Assembly (NCBI GenBank): GCA_016207275.1
Contig: JACQPY010000013.1
Location: forward strand, 20,285-84,284
Direction of reading: 5' to 3'
From: Candidatus Kerfeldbacteria bacterium
Lineage (GTDB): Bacteria; Patescibacteriota; Patescibacteriia; SBBC01
Length of the DNA: 64,000 bases
In this document: positions 36,495 to 46,611 of the stretch, piece after piece
Numbering within the stretch: position 1 is the stretch's first letter
Layout of the letters: each line of letters opens with the position of its first letter
Notes under the pieces: model-generated
What the model saw: the letters and a program-made list of their open reading frames with translations, nothing else
What the model was told of the DNA's origin: nothing
The model's database searches: none
Translations under genes and position numbers: made by a program

Positions 36495-37947
36495 GGGAGT
36501 GCGGGTTCGGTTTGCTCCGTCACCGACGGGTGAGCCGCATGTCGGCAGCATCTGGACCGCGTTGTTCAACTTCCTGTTTGCTCGCCAGACCGGCGGGGCC
36601 TTCGTTCTTCGTTTGGAAGACACTGATCAGAAGCGATTGGTACCAGGTGCGGCCGAAAAGATCTATCAAGCCCTTGATTGGTACGGATTGACGCCCGACG
36701 AGGGGCCGCAGCGGGGCGGACCATTTCGACCGTACGTGCAAAGTCAGCGCCGCGAGCTACACCAGCAGCACGCTCGCCAGTTGGTGGAACAGGGGAACGC
36801 CTACTACTGTTTTTGCACGACTGAACGCTTAGAACAGCTTCGCCAGGCGCAGGTGGCGGCCAAGCGAGCGCCACGCTACGACAAGCACTGCGCCGCTATC
36901 CCACTGGCCGAGGTCAGTCGGCGTGTGGCCAGCGGTGAAAACGCCGTGATCCGGATAAACCTGCCGCTGACCGGAACAGTCGTGCACCATGACATCATCC
37001 GGCGCCAGGTCACGTTTCGATACGATCAGCTCGACGACAGCGTGCTTCTAAAGTCCGACGGATTTCCGACCTACCATTTAGCTAACGTCGTCGACGACCA
37101 CGTGATGGAAATTTCACACGTTATCCGGGCAGAAGAATGGTTACCGTCGGTGCCCAAGCATCTCTTCCTGCATCGCGCCTTCGGTTGGGAACCGCCGCAG
37201 TTTGCCCACCTGCCGCTCCTACTCGGTTCGGATCGGTCAAAGTTATCGAAGCGTCACGGCGCGACCTCGGCCCTGTCGTTCCGCGACGAGGGCTACCTGC
37301 CCGAGGCGATGCGCAACTTTTTGGCCTTAATGGGCTGGCACCCAAAGGACGATCGTGAGGTGCGGTCGCTCGAGGAGCTGATTCGCGACTTCCGTCTGGC
37401 TGACGTCAATCCGTCCGGAGCAATCTTTGATCGCACGAAACTCGATTGGCTCAATGGGGTGTATATTCGGTCGATGGATATTGATGAATTTGTCCGACGG
37501 GTTGAACCGTTTTGGCATCAGGCGCGCCTGGCGCAGGTATCGAATGAGTGGCGACGAGCGGCACTGATGATTGTTCGTGATCGGATGAGGCGACTGAGCG
37601 AAGTTGACGACTTAACCGCGTTTGGTTTTTCTTCGGTTTGGGATGAACAAAGACGGCTCTTTGATTTTGGCACGATGGCAACGCGTCATCGGACGGCGGC
37701 TCAAGCAAAAGGGGAGATTGATTGGTTTATGGATTGGCTAGATACGTTTTCCGAGCCGTGGAATGCAACAAGTCTTAAGATAAATGCCCTTGCCGCCATC
37801 GCCGCGGCCGGTAAAAAGAACGGTGATGTCCTGTGGCCGGTGCGCGTCGGGCTAACGTTGCGTCCGGCCAGCCCCGATGTTTTCGACGTCATGCAGCTAC
37901 TTGGAAAAGGGGAGACACGGCGGCGTCTGCGGACGTTCCTAACCTAA
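36481..37947 (+). CDS. gltX: Glutamate--tRNA ligase
   Basis: RFAPSPTGEPHVG, RLEDTD, KLSKR. Confidence 0.95.
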   Translation: MRSGRGVRVRFAPSPTGEPHVGSIWTALFNFLFARQTGGAFVLRLEDTDQKRLVPGAAEKIYQALDWYGLTPDEGPQRGGPFRPYVQSQRRELHQQHARQLVEQGNAYYCFCTTERLEQLRQAQVAAKRAPRYDKHCAAIPLAEVSRRVASGENAVIRINLPLTGTVVHHDIIRRQVTFRYDQLDDSVLLKSDGFPTYHLANVVDDHVMEISHVIRAEEWLPSVPKHLFLHRAFGWEPPQFAHLPLLLGSDRSKLSKRHGATSALSFRDEGYLPEAMRNFLALMGWHPKDDREVRSLEELIRDFRLADVNPSGAIFDRTKLDWLNGVYIRSMDIDEFVRRVEPFWHQARLAQVSNEWRRAALMIVRDRMRRLSEVDDLTAFGFSSVWDEQRRLFDFGTMATRHRTAAQAKGEIDWFMDWLDTFSEPWNATSLKINALAAIAAAGKKNGDVLWPVRVGLTLRPASPDVFDVMQLLGKGETRRRLRTFLT

Positions 37948-37993
37948 GTTGGCTTGATTTTTTGCGCCGCCGGTGCTATACTGCTGGCGCACG

Positions 37994-39346
37994 ATGCAGA
38001 CAAATACCAAGCGACAACACGAGCGTACCGGGGGGTGGGGGCAACGAGTGCTCGCCAGCGGCTTGGGCTTTTTGATGGTATCAGCGGGGCTGATCGCGGT
38101 GGCGCAGACTAACTATGTCAACGCGAATGAGCATACGAATAGTATCACCACCGCGTCGGAACCCGATCCGGCCGCGCAGCAAAAAATTGATGAGCTCAAC
38201 CGGCAGATTGAAGAAAAACGCGGCCGCATTGATGAGCTGAAGCGGCAAACTGCCCTCTACGAACGTCGCCTCGAGCAGCAGCAGGATCAGCGAGCCTCCC
38301 TCCAACTTGAACTGGAGCAGCTCGGTGAGTCGATTGATAACACCAAGACCGAGCTCGAACTTAACACGATTCAGCTCGAGGCGCTCCAGCTGGAAATCCA
38401 AAAAGTTGAGCGCGAAATCGCTAGCCGCGAACAGCAGATTGCTGACCACCGAAGCGAGTTGGGCGAGTTACTACGGCAGCTCTACCAGTCCGATCAGGTC
38501 AGTCACCTTGAGCTGATCGTTCAGGAGCAGTCGTTTTCCGATTTTTTCTCTCGAGTCCAGCAATTGTATGCATTGTCAACCTCGATCGAAGAACGGTTGA
38601 CTGATGTGCTCGAGGTCAAGCGGCAGCTTGATAGTGCGGAGGCTGATTTAGCCGGCAAACGATCTGACCTCGACGCCACGCGCCAAGACCTGGAAGCGGC
38701 GCACGGGCGACTCTTGGATCAGGAGCGATACAAAGTTAATTTATTGGACGCGACGAAAGATTCCGAACAGAAATACGAGGCGCTGCTCGGCGAGTTGCGC
38801 GGACAGGCTTCGGCGGTCGATACCGAAATCACCTCTCTGATTGATCAGGTCAACCAGCGGCTGGCCGACCGTGGCGAGACGATTACCGTCTTGAAGCCCG
38901 GTCAGCTGACGTGGCCGGTCGACGCCAGTCGCGGGATTTCCGCTTACTTTCACGACCCGACGTACCCGTTCCGCAAAATATTTGAGCATCCGGCCATCGA
39001 TATTCGGGCCGTTCACGGAACCCCCGTCGCGGCGGCGGGCGACGGTGTGGTCGCGATCGCGCGAAAGTTTGACTGGGTCCGCAACGGCAAAGGCGATATC
39101 ATGTGGCCGGCCTACAACTTCGTTACTATTGTCCATGGCGGTAACCTGGCTACGGTTTACGGACACCTGAGCCAGGTGTCGGTCAACGAAGGTGACACGG
39201 TCAAGCAAGGACAGGTTATTGGCCGTTCAGGCGCCACACCTGGCACGGCCGGCGCCGGGCGGTTGACCACTGGTCCGCATCTGCACTTTGAGGTACGTGT
39301 TAGTGGCATTCCAGATGACCCGCTGAAGTACTTACCGGCGCAGTAG
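37994..39346 (+). CDS. Coiled-coil plus M23 peptidase (EnvC-like)
   Basis: TM, long coiled coil, HPAIDI, YGHL, GPHLHFEVR. Confidence 0.9.
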   Translation: MQTNTKRQHERTGGWGQRVLASGLGFLMVSAGLIAVAQTNYVNANEHTNSITTASEPDPAAQQKIDELNRQIEEKRGRIDELKRQTALYERRLEQQQDQRASLQLELEQLGESIDNTKTELELNTIQLEALQLEIQKVEREIASREQQIADHRSELGELLRQLYQSDQVSHLELIVQEQSFSDFFSRVQQLYALSTSIEERLTDVLEVKRQLDSAEADLAGKRSDLDATRQDLEAAHGRLLDQERYKVNLLDATKDSEQKYEALLGELRGQASAVDTEITSLIDQVNQRLADRGETITVLKPGQLTWPVDASRGISAYFHDPTYPFRKIFEHPAIDIRAVHGTPVAAAGDGVVAIARKFDWVRNGKGDIMWPAYNFVTIVHGGNLATVYGHLSQVSVNEGDTVKQGQVIGRSGATPGTAGAGRLTTGPHLHFEVRVSGIPDDPLKYLPAQ

Positions 39347-39422
39347 AGAGGAGGAGAGAGAGGGGGGTGGTCATCGGCAAGCTACTAATTTTACAATTTT
39401 AATGCGTCGCACAATATACCTT

Positions 39423-42002
39423 TTATGCCGCATGATATAGGCGCTGAGCTGGGTGGTGCTGGTACTGCCGGTAGTACAGCCGCTTGACGACTTCCGTGAT
39501 GACGACGTAGGACAGCACCAGTCCAGCGACCACAGCCATTGCTTGGAATGTTGGTTGGGTAAAGTGGAAGGCGGACTGGCCAAAGGGTGACAGCGGCAGG
39601 AGGATCGTTACCACGGCCGCGGCCAGGGTCAGCCAGATCAGACTGGGCGCGGCAGTCTGTGCCCGTTCAACCGGCCGGCTGGTGCGGAGGACAGAGATAA
39701 GCAACAGTTCACTGAGGATACTGTAGCTGAACCACATCGTTTGGATGGTGGTGACCGATTGGGTCCGGAATAGTCCGAAAAAGATGAAGTCGAACAGCGA
39801 GCTGACTAACCCCAAGGTCAGGGTGAGGAAACCGAGCTCACGCAGTCGGAAATGCTGCGGCCGTCTGGTCTCGGCCGGGTCAACCCGGTCAGCCGCCACG
39901 GCCACTAAGGGAAAATCAGTCAAAATGTTGGTTAGCAAAATCTGGACCGGCAGCATCGGTAAGAAGTCGGTAATCAGCGAGATGCCAGCGATGGCAAAAA
40001 AGTTGCCGAAGTTGCCAACCAAGGTGTACTTGACGTACTTCAAGATGTTGGCGTAGATGGTTCGCCCCTGCCGTATTCCCTCGATAATCACCCCTAGGCT
40101 TTTATCTAGTAGGACGATGTCGGCGGCTTCGCGGGCCACGTCGGCGGCCGAGTTGACGACCAACGAGACCGACGCCAACTTCAACGCCGGGGCATCGTTG
40201 ATCCCCTCGCCTAAGAAACCGACGCTGGCAGTCCGTTCTAAGCTTTTCAATAATCGAAATTTTGCCGCTGGTGTCATGCGGGCAAAAACCCGATAGGTCC
40301 GGGCGGCCTGGTCGTATTCGGCTGTCGATAATCGGTCAAGCTGCTCGCCGGTGATGACCTCAAACGGCGACCGGATCAGGCCGAGTTGCTGCGCCACTGA
40401 TCCGGCTACGGCCGCGCCGTCGCCGGTGACCACCTTGACCTCAATGCCCATCCGCTCGGCTTCGAGGACAGCGGAACGGCTCGTCGGCTTGAGCGGGTCA
40501 CTGAAGGAGATGAGGCCGACGAATTCGAGGTGATGCTCGAGCTGCTCGAGTGGGCCGGCGGGGCGATCGGTGAGGTGTTGCACGGCCACGGCCATCACCC
40601 GCTCCCCGTTCTGGCCGAGCTGGTCGGCGCGACTTTGAACTTGTTGATGCTCAGCCAAGTTGGCCGGTGCCTGGCAACTGGCGAGGACGACCTCGGGAGC
40701 GCCACGAACGATGTAGCGGAACTGATCTCGTTCGCGAATCAGGGTTCCGCTCCGTCGTCGTTCCGGATTAAATGGCACTTCATCGAGGACGTCGTTCCCG
40801 GGGACGGCATACCCTTCGCGCTCGGCAAAGGACATGATCGCTTGATCGAACGGATCACCGGTTAGTCGGGCACCGGCGCGAACCGACGGAGGGATGGCGG
40901 CCAGCAGCGTGGTGATCAGTGTCCGTCGGTCATCAGCCACAAGTTTTGAGACCGTCGGCTGATTGACGGTGAGCGTCCCGGTTTTGTCGGTGCACAGAAT
41001 ATCGATGTGACCGAGGTCTTCGATGGCCGTTAGGCGCTTGACCACGACGTGTCGCCGCGCCAGTTGGAGGGCGCCGCGCGAGAGCGTGATGGTGGTGACG
41101 GCTGGCAGCGCTTCGGGGACGACTGAGACGGCGAGCGCAAAAGCGAAGAGCAGCTGCTCGGTCACCGAGATGGCCGGTGATTTGGTCAGGACGTTGATGA
41201 CCACAACGGCGGCCAGCGATATGGCCACGACTTTGAGCAGAAAATTGCTGAGTATTTTGAGATTCTGTTCGAAGGTACTGACGTGCTTCGTCGTCGCGAC
41301 CAGACCGGCAATTGAGCCCAGAATCGTTTGGCGGCCCGTGGCAATAACCACTCCCCTCCCCCCGCCGGACCGGACAAAGGTGCCGGTAAAGAGCAGGTTG
41401 GCGCAATGGTGCAGCTGATCTGTTGGCTGCAGGAGCGGGTCTGCTTGTTTACGGACCGGAACCGATTCACCAGTCAACGTTGACTCATCAATCTTCAGAT
41501 CGGTGGTGTCGATCAGGCGGAGATCAGCCGGCACCTGGTCTCCCGCTTTGAGTAAGATTACATCTCCGCGCACCAGCGTGGCGCGATCGACCACGTGTAC
41601 GGTGCCGCCGTCGCGGAGAATGGTCGTGGTGGAGCGCAAAAAATTTTGCAGCGTCGCGAGCGCCCGGGCCGAACGAAATTCTTGGGCGAACCCGAGCAGC
41701 CCGTTGAGGACGACGATACCGAGGATGGTGACGGCGTCACGGGTCTCGCCCAAGAGCGCCGAGATGATGCCGGCCGCGACTAACAGGCTGACGAGCGGCG
41801 TGATAAACTGTCGGGCTAACAAAGTGTACCAGCGTTTTTCGTGCCGGCGCAATGAATTCGGTCCGTCGTGGAGCAGCCGCTCGCTGGCAAGCGCCGAGGT
41901 CAGACCGCCAGTTGAAGACGAAAGCAGGTCCAGGACGAGCCTGGCTGCTGGTGTTTGAAAGCGTTGGTGGCTGAGCGGCACTCCGCCGGTGGTTTGGTTC
42001 AT
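39423..42002 (-). CDS. Cation-transporting P-type ATPase (MgtA-like)
   Basis: TGES, PEALP, DKTGTLT, TGD, GEGINDAP. Confidence 0.9.
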   Translation of the reverse strand: MNQTTGGVPLSHQRFQTPAARLVLDLLSSSTGGLTSALASERLLHDGPNSLRRHEKRWYTLLARQFITPLVSLLVAAGIISALLGETRDAVTILGIVVLNGLLGFAQEFRSARALATLQNFLRSTTTILRDGGTVHVVDRATLVRGDVILLKAGDQVPADLRLIDTTDLKIDESTLTGESVPVRKQADPLLQPTDQLHHCANLLFTGTFVRSGGGRGVVIATGRQTILGSIAGLVATTKHVSTFEQNLKILSNFLLKVVAISLAAVVVINVLTKSPAISVTEQLLFAFALAVSVVPEALPAVTTITLSRGALQLARRHVVVKRLTAIEDLGHIDILCTDKTGTLTVNQPTVSKLVADDRRTLITTLLAAIPPSVRAGARLTGDPFDQAIMSFAEREGYAVPGNDVLDEVPFNPERRRSGTLIRERDQFRYIVRGAPEVVLASCQAPANLAEHQQVQSRADQLGQNGERVMAVAVQHLTDRPAGPLEQLEHHLEFVGLISFSDPLKPTSRSAVLEAERMGIEVKVVTGDGAAVAGSVAQQLGLIRSPFEVITGEQLDRLSTAEYDQAARTYRVFARMTPAAKFRLLKSLERTASVGFLGEGINDAPALKLASVSLVVNSAADVAREAADIVLLDKSLGVIIEGIRQGRTIYANILKYVKYTLVGNFGNFFAIAGISLITDFLPMLPVQILLTNILTDFPLVAVAADRVDPAETRRPQHFRLRELGFLTLTLGLVSSLFDFIFFGLFRTQSVTTIQTMWFSYSILSELLLISVLRTSRPVERAQTAAPSLIWLTLAAAVVTILLPLSPFGQSAFHFTQPTFQAMAVVAGLVLSYVVITEVVKRLYYRQYQHHPAQRLYHAA

Positions 42003-42003
42003 G

Positions 42004-43029
42004 CTACTGGTAGAATACGCGATCGCCGAAGCGGACATCAATGTACTGCAACTGCTGGCGTTGACGGTTCAGCCGTTCGGTCAGCGCGACGCGAAGTTTC
42101 TCCAGTTGGGCGTCGAGATTGCCGCTCGAGTCAAGGCGTAGCTCCCAGGCTTCAGTTGTTTTGACCACCAGCGTTGGTTCGCGAACGGCTAGCTCAGCTA
42201 GATTGCACGGTTTTTCGTCCGCCCGCGGCTGATTGATTGATTGATTGGTTTTTGTTGCGTGGTTCGCATTGCCGTTAATGGTTATCGCACTCGGATTGTC
42301 TGTGGCATTGATGGTCAGTGTGCGTTCCTGGGCCGGTGGCGGTGTTTCCAGGCACGCGATCTTCCAGGTAGCGTAGTGGTCGACTTCAACTCCGAGCGGC
42401 GGCAACCGTTGGTCGACTGTGGCCAGTGCGGTCAGCAGGCTCGGTTGGACCACCGCGGTGCCGATCACCGTCGATAGGTCATTGCGGTCGGTGAGGATCA
42501 GCAAACCAGCGGGCCGGTCAGTCGGCGCTCGCTCAATAATGATGCCACGATCATCGAGGATAAACCGACGGTTGAATGTAGTTTGCCAGATCACCTTAGG
42601 TTGACGTTCCTGAATACTGACGCGCAGGGAATGAGTATCAGTTCGCGCAACCGTGACACGATTAATGCTCACGACGCGTTCGATCGAACGACGCAGATCG
42701 CGGGCCAAGGTCCCCGTTGGCGTTAGGAACGCGACCCGCCGCCAGTTGACGCCCAAGAGCCCTTGGTTGAGCTGCGCATTGACGAACCGCTCGATGCTAG
42801 CGGGATCGAGTCGCTCGGTGCCGGTCACTTCGACGCGCGTTATTCGCCATCGCGGCGACCAGAGGGTATAGGTCAGACCACCAACGATGAGCAACCCGAT
42901 GAGCACGAGCCACGGTCCTGACGGACGGCGGTATTCGACGAAGAGCGGATTGCGTCGTTCGGTTGGTGGAGCGGCGAAGTCACGACGGCGTGGACGACGA
43001 TTGAATAACCAGCGAAACGGGTTGACCAT
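42004..43029 (-). CDS. FtsQ/DivIB-like POTRA protein
   Basis: Single TM, ITRVEVTG, LRVSIQERQP, YIDVRFGDRVFY. Confidence 0.75.
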   Translation of the reverse strand: MVNPFRWLFNRRPRRRDFAAPPTERRNPLFVEYRRPSGPWLVLIGLLIVGGLTYTLWSPRWRITRVEVTGTERLDPASIERFVNAQLNQGLLGVNWRRVAFLTPTGTLARDLRRSIERVVSINRVTVARTDTHSLRVSIQERQPKVIWQTTFNRRFILDDRGIIIERAPTDRPAGLLILTDRNDLSTVIGTAVVQPSLLTALATVDQRLPPLGVEVDHYATWKIACLETPPPAQERTLTINATDNPSAITINGNANHATKTNQSINQPRADEKPCNLAELAVREPTLVVKTTEAWELRLDSSGNLDAQLEKLRVALTERLNRQRQQLQYIDVRFGDRVFYQ

Positions 43030-43031
43030 GG

Positions 43032-44129
43032 CTAGGCGACCTCGAGACGTGGGATCTCGCGATCAATTCGACTGACCACCTCGTAGTTGATGGTCCCCCA
43101 CTGACGAGCCAGTTCATCGGCATCCACGCGTGGGCCAAGTAACGTCACCTCGGTTCCCGGTTGGATACGTCGACGTGCTCCCAGGTCAATCATGGTTAGG
43201 TTCATGCAGACTCGGCCAATGATCGGATAGAGTTGGTCAGCAATGACGACCGAGCTTCGATTTGATGCTCGCCGGTCGTACCCGTCAGCGTAGCCAATCG
43301 GAATGACGCCGATCGTGCTTGATCGACGCAGACGGTAGGTTCGATGGTAGCCGATGGTGGTGCTGGCCGGCACTGACTTGACCTGGAGCAAGCGCGTCTT
43401 CCATGACAGCACTGGCTTGAGGCTAACTCGGTTGGCCTGCCGGGTCGCGGATGACGGCCACAGTCCGTACAGCCCGAGGCCGAGACGAACCAAATTGGTC
43501 GGCGGCAGGGGCAAGCGCAGGCTGGCAGCGGTGCAGGCCAGGTGAAGGTAGGGCGCGGGGATGTGGTGAGCCGCCTGAACGAATCGCCGTTGCTGCTGTC
43601 GGGTAAAGGTAAGCGACGCGGCTTCGGAGTCAGCGTAGTGAGAAAAAACACCCTCGACCGTCAGCGCCGGCTGGCGTCGAATGAAATTTTTCAGCCCGGC
43701 AAGCGCTTCTAGTCGGGTGCCGATCCGGGTTGTTCCGGTGTCAATTTTAAGGTGGACTATCGCCCGCCGGCCAAGCCGCCGGGCCACCCGCGCCACGGTT
43801 CTGGCCGCGACCAAATCCCAGACCACCAGTCGAATGCCGTGGCGAATGAGTCGTGGTAGATTGGTTTCTTGCCAGGCGCTCAGTACGAGGATCGGTTTTG
43901 CGGTGAAACGACGAAGTTCCTCGGCCTCAGTGTCGTAGGCCACACAAAAGCCCCAAATTGGGCTGCGGTGAAGGTTTTCTACAACCCAACGGTTTCCGTG
44001 TCCGTACGCATTGGCCTTAACCACCGGGGCAATTAAGGCCTGGTTACGAAAAAAGTGCTGAAATTGGCCAAAATTCCATAGCAGCGCCCTGCGGGAAACT
44101 TCAACCCAGGTACGATCTGACGTAGCCAT
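43032..44129 (-). CDS. alr: Alanine racemase
   Basis: VVKANAYGHG, HLKIDTG, GYADG, GRVCMN. Confidence 0.95.
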   Translation of the reverse strand: MATSDRTWVEVSRRALLWNFGQFQHFFRNQALIAPVVKANAYGHGNRWVVENLHRSPIWGFCVAYDTEAEELRRFTAKPILVLSAWQETNLPRLIRHGIRLVVWDLVAARTVARVARRLGRRAIVHLKIDTGTTRIGTRLEALAGLKNFIRRQPALTVEGVFSHYADSEAASLTFTRQQQRRFVQAAHHIPAPYLHLACTAASLRLPLPPTNLVRLGLGLYGLWPSSATRQANRVSLKPVLSWKTRLLQVKSVPASTTIGYHRTYRLRRSSTIGVIPIGYADGYDRRASNRSSVVIADQLYPIIGRVCMNLTMIDLGARRRIQPGTEVTLLGPRVDADELARQWGTINYEVVSRIDREIPRLEVA

Positions 44130-44131
44130 TG

Positions 44132-45385
44132 CTACCGCGGTTTGGTAATCACCTGCTGGCCGTTGAGGTACGGCCGGAGGACCTGGGGAATGGCCACCGA
44201 GCCATCGGCCTGTTGGTAGTTTTCAATGATTGCGGCCATCGTTCGGCTCATCGCGTAGGCCGTCGCATTGAGTAAATGCATGTAGCCAACACCCTGCTTT
44301 GATCGGTAGCGCGCGTTGATCCCCCGCGCTTGGAAGTCGGAAGTGTTTGAACAGGAGTGCGTCTCGCGGTAGGTGCGCTGGGCCGGGAACCAGGTTTGAA
44401 TATCGAACTGTCGGTAGTCGGTCCAGCCGATGTCGCCGGTGCACATTTCGACCACCCGGTACGGTAGCTTGAGGTCTTGGACCAACTGCTCTTGCAATGC
44501 CAGCAGTCGCTGGTGTTCGGTCTCAGCGTGGTCAGGCGTGGCAAAGACGAACATTTCGACTTTGTCAAACTGGTGGACGCGGAGGATCCCTTTGGTGTCC
44601 TTGCCGTAGGAGCCGGCTTCACGACGGAAGCACGAGGAAAATCCGACGTACCGTTTTGGTAAAGCCGCCTCGGCCAACGTTTCGTTCAGGTGTAACGGTC
44701 CCAGCGTGTGTTCGGCGCTGCCGATTAAGTACAGGTCGTCTTTAGCGACGTGGTAGCGCTCCTCTTTTTGATCGCCGGCCAGCCGTCCCATGCCCTGAAA
44801 AACGTCTGGTCGAATCATCATCGGTGGAATGACTGGAATAAAGCCCTGGGCCGTCAGCTTGTTAAAAGCGTGCTGGATTAAGGCGAATTCAATCAGGACG
44901 AGGCTGTTTTTCAGGTAGGCGAACCTCGAGCCGGCGACGTCCGCGGATTTTTCCGTATCAATCAGGTCGAGGTTACGAGCTAGGTCAAAGTAGTCGCGCG
45001 GTGTAAACGAAAAGTCGGGCCGCTCCCCTACCTCGCGCACCGTGCGATTGGCCGTTTCGTCTGGACCGATCGGCACATCGTCAGCCTGGAGGTTAGGCAG
45101 CTGTGCCAGCGCCGAACGCAGCGAACCTTCAAGCTTGTTGAGTTCCGATTCCTTTGCCGTCAGCCTGCTCTTGAGCTCGCGGAGCACGATCCGGATTGAT
45201 GCATCGGCCGTCGCTGTCTTGCTCTTCTGGTTTCGTTCAGCGCGGAGGGCCTCGACTTCCTGCAAGATCTGTCGGTGGTCGCGGTCGAGCTTAAGCAGCC
45301 TTTTCAGGTTTGGCTTCAGTCCCCGTTCGCGGAACTTACGTTCAGCCACGTTAGGGTGTTGGCGAAGGTAGTCGAGGTCAATCAT
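44132..45385 (-). CDS. serS: Serine--tRNA ligase
   Basis: FRREAGSYG, RVHQFDKVE, ETHSCSN, ENYQ. Confidence 0.95.
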   Translation of the reverse strand: MIDLDYLRQHPNVAERKFRERGLKPNLKRLLKLDRDHRQILQEVEALRAERNQKSKTATADASIRIVLRELKSRLTAKESELNKLEGSLRSALAQLPNLQADDVPIGPDETANRTVREVGERPDFSFTPRDYFDLARNLDLIDTEKSADVAGSRFAYLKNSLVLIEFALIQHAFNKLTAQGFIPVIPPMMIRPDVFQGMGRLAGDQKEERYHVAKDDLYLIGSAEHTLGPLHLNETLAEAALPKRYVGFSSCFRREAGSYGKDTKGILRVHQFDKVEMFVFATPDHAETEHQRLLALQEQLVQDLKLPYRVVEMCTGDIGWTDYRQFDIQTWFPAQRTYRETHSCSNTSDFQARGINARYRSKQGVGYMHLLNATAYAMSRTMAAIIENYQQADGSVAIPQVLRPYLNGQQVITKPR

Positions 45386-45978
45386 AGGTACTGTTGAATA
45401 TAGGGCAGGAGCTTTAAGATCGCTTGCCTGCGGTGGTTGAGGCGCTCGTGCTCGGCGGGCGTCAGCTCAGCATAGAACTTATGGAGCTCGGGAATCCAGA
45501 AGATGGAGCGGTAGGGGTAACCGGGGTCGATTGGCACGTCGCTGCGGCGAATCAGTCCGCGGTGGACCGCTTCCGCTTGCCAGTTTCGGTCCTGGGTAAT
45601 GCGCAGCGTCACCACGGTTTTAAGTTTGGCCGTGCGCTTAGCTTCGGGCACATCGCGCAGCTGGTCGAGAATCCAGTCGCGCAGCTCTTGATCGTTCAGG
45701 CGTTTGCCGTTGATCACGCGCGAGTGGACGCCGGGCCGACCGCCTAAGGCGTCGACTTCCAGCCCGCCGTCGTCGGCCAGCACGGGCAGGCCGGATCGCT
45801 GCCAGAAAAAGTTGGCTTTGAGCAGCGAGTTTTCGGCGAAGGTCTCGCCGTCCTCAACCGGCTCCTCGCTGATGCCGAGATCGTCGGGCGTGACCAGTTC
45901 GGACGCCAGTGATTCTAGCACCGCTCTGATTTCGCGGAACTTGCCGGGGTTGCGCGTGGCAATCAACAGCTTCGACAT
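45382..45978 (-). CDS. rdgB: Non-canonical purine NTP pyrophosphatase (HAM1 family)
   Basis: IATRNPGK, DDGGLEVDALGGRPGV, NHRRQA. Confidence 0.88.
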   Translation of the reverse strand: MSKLLIATRNPGKFREIRAVLESLASELVTPDDLGISEEPVEDGETFAENSLLKANFFWQRSGLPVLADDGGLEVDALGGRPGVHSRVINGKRLNDQELRDWILDQLRDVPEAKRTAKLKTVVTLRITQDRNWQAEAVHRGLIRRSDVPIDPGYPYRSIFWIPELHKFYAELTPAEHERLNHRRQAILKLLPYIQQYL

Positions 45979-45980
45979 GC

Positions 45981-46532
45981 TTATAGTCCGAGTTGGTTGT
46001 GGATGCCTTGCATCGCTTGCAGCACGTTTTGAATGTGCTCGTTTCTGGGGACACCGAGGAGCTGAATGCTATCATTAATTTCTTGACGGTTGACCTTGGC
46101 CGCGAAATCCTTGCGTTTCAGTTTTTTCTCAATGCCCTCGATGGTTACATCGGCCAGCTTCTTATTCGGCGTCATGAGCGAAACCGCCACGATAAAACCC
46201 GAGATCTCGTCACACGCAAACAGCGCTTTCTCCATCGGCGTTTCCGGTTTGACGCCGGTACGCGGCGCATGAGCGAGGATGGCATGGCGGATTCGTTCAG
46301 GTACCCCACGCTCGGCAAGAATCGATTGGCCTTTAATCGGATGATCATCGAGTGTCGGATGGATTTCCCAATCAAAGTCATGCAGCAGACCGACGATCCC
46401 CCACTCCTCGGGATCGCCGCCAAACTTCGGCGCGTAGGCGCGCATCGCCGCTTCGACGGCGAGCATATGTTTTTTTAGGTTGGCGTTCTTGACAAACTCG
46501 TCGAGAATCACTAGCGCGTCGGCGCGGGTCAT
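45981..46532 (-). CDS. HD-domain phosphohydrolase
   Basis: KHMLAVE, GLLHDFD, AH, CDE. Confidence 0.85.
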   Translation of the reverse strand: MTRADALVILDEFVKNANLKKHMLAVEAAMRAYAPKFGGDPEEWGIVGLLHDFDWEIHPTLDDHPIKGQSILAERGVPERIRHAILAHAPRTGVKPETPMEKALFACDEISGFIVAVSLMTPNKKLADVTIEGIEKKLKRKDFAAKVNRQEINDSIQLLGVPRNEHIQNVLQAMQGIHNQLGL

Positions 46533-46611
46533 CCCGTTAGAAAGTTAGCATTGAGCATAATACTACGCACGATAACCTGGGCATGCAGAGTCGGAGAACT
46601 TTCTAACGGGA
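46532..46611 (-). mobile_element. 80-bp MITE-like element, copy 2
   Basis: 15-bp perfect terminal IR tcccgttagaaagtt/aactttctaacggga; TGA on both flanks (one is the lysS stop, the other is part of the ATGA start of the HD gene). Confidence 0.8.
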
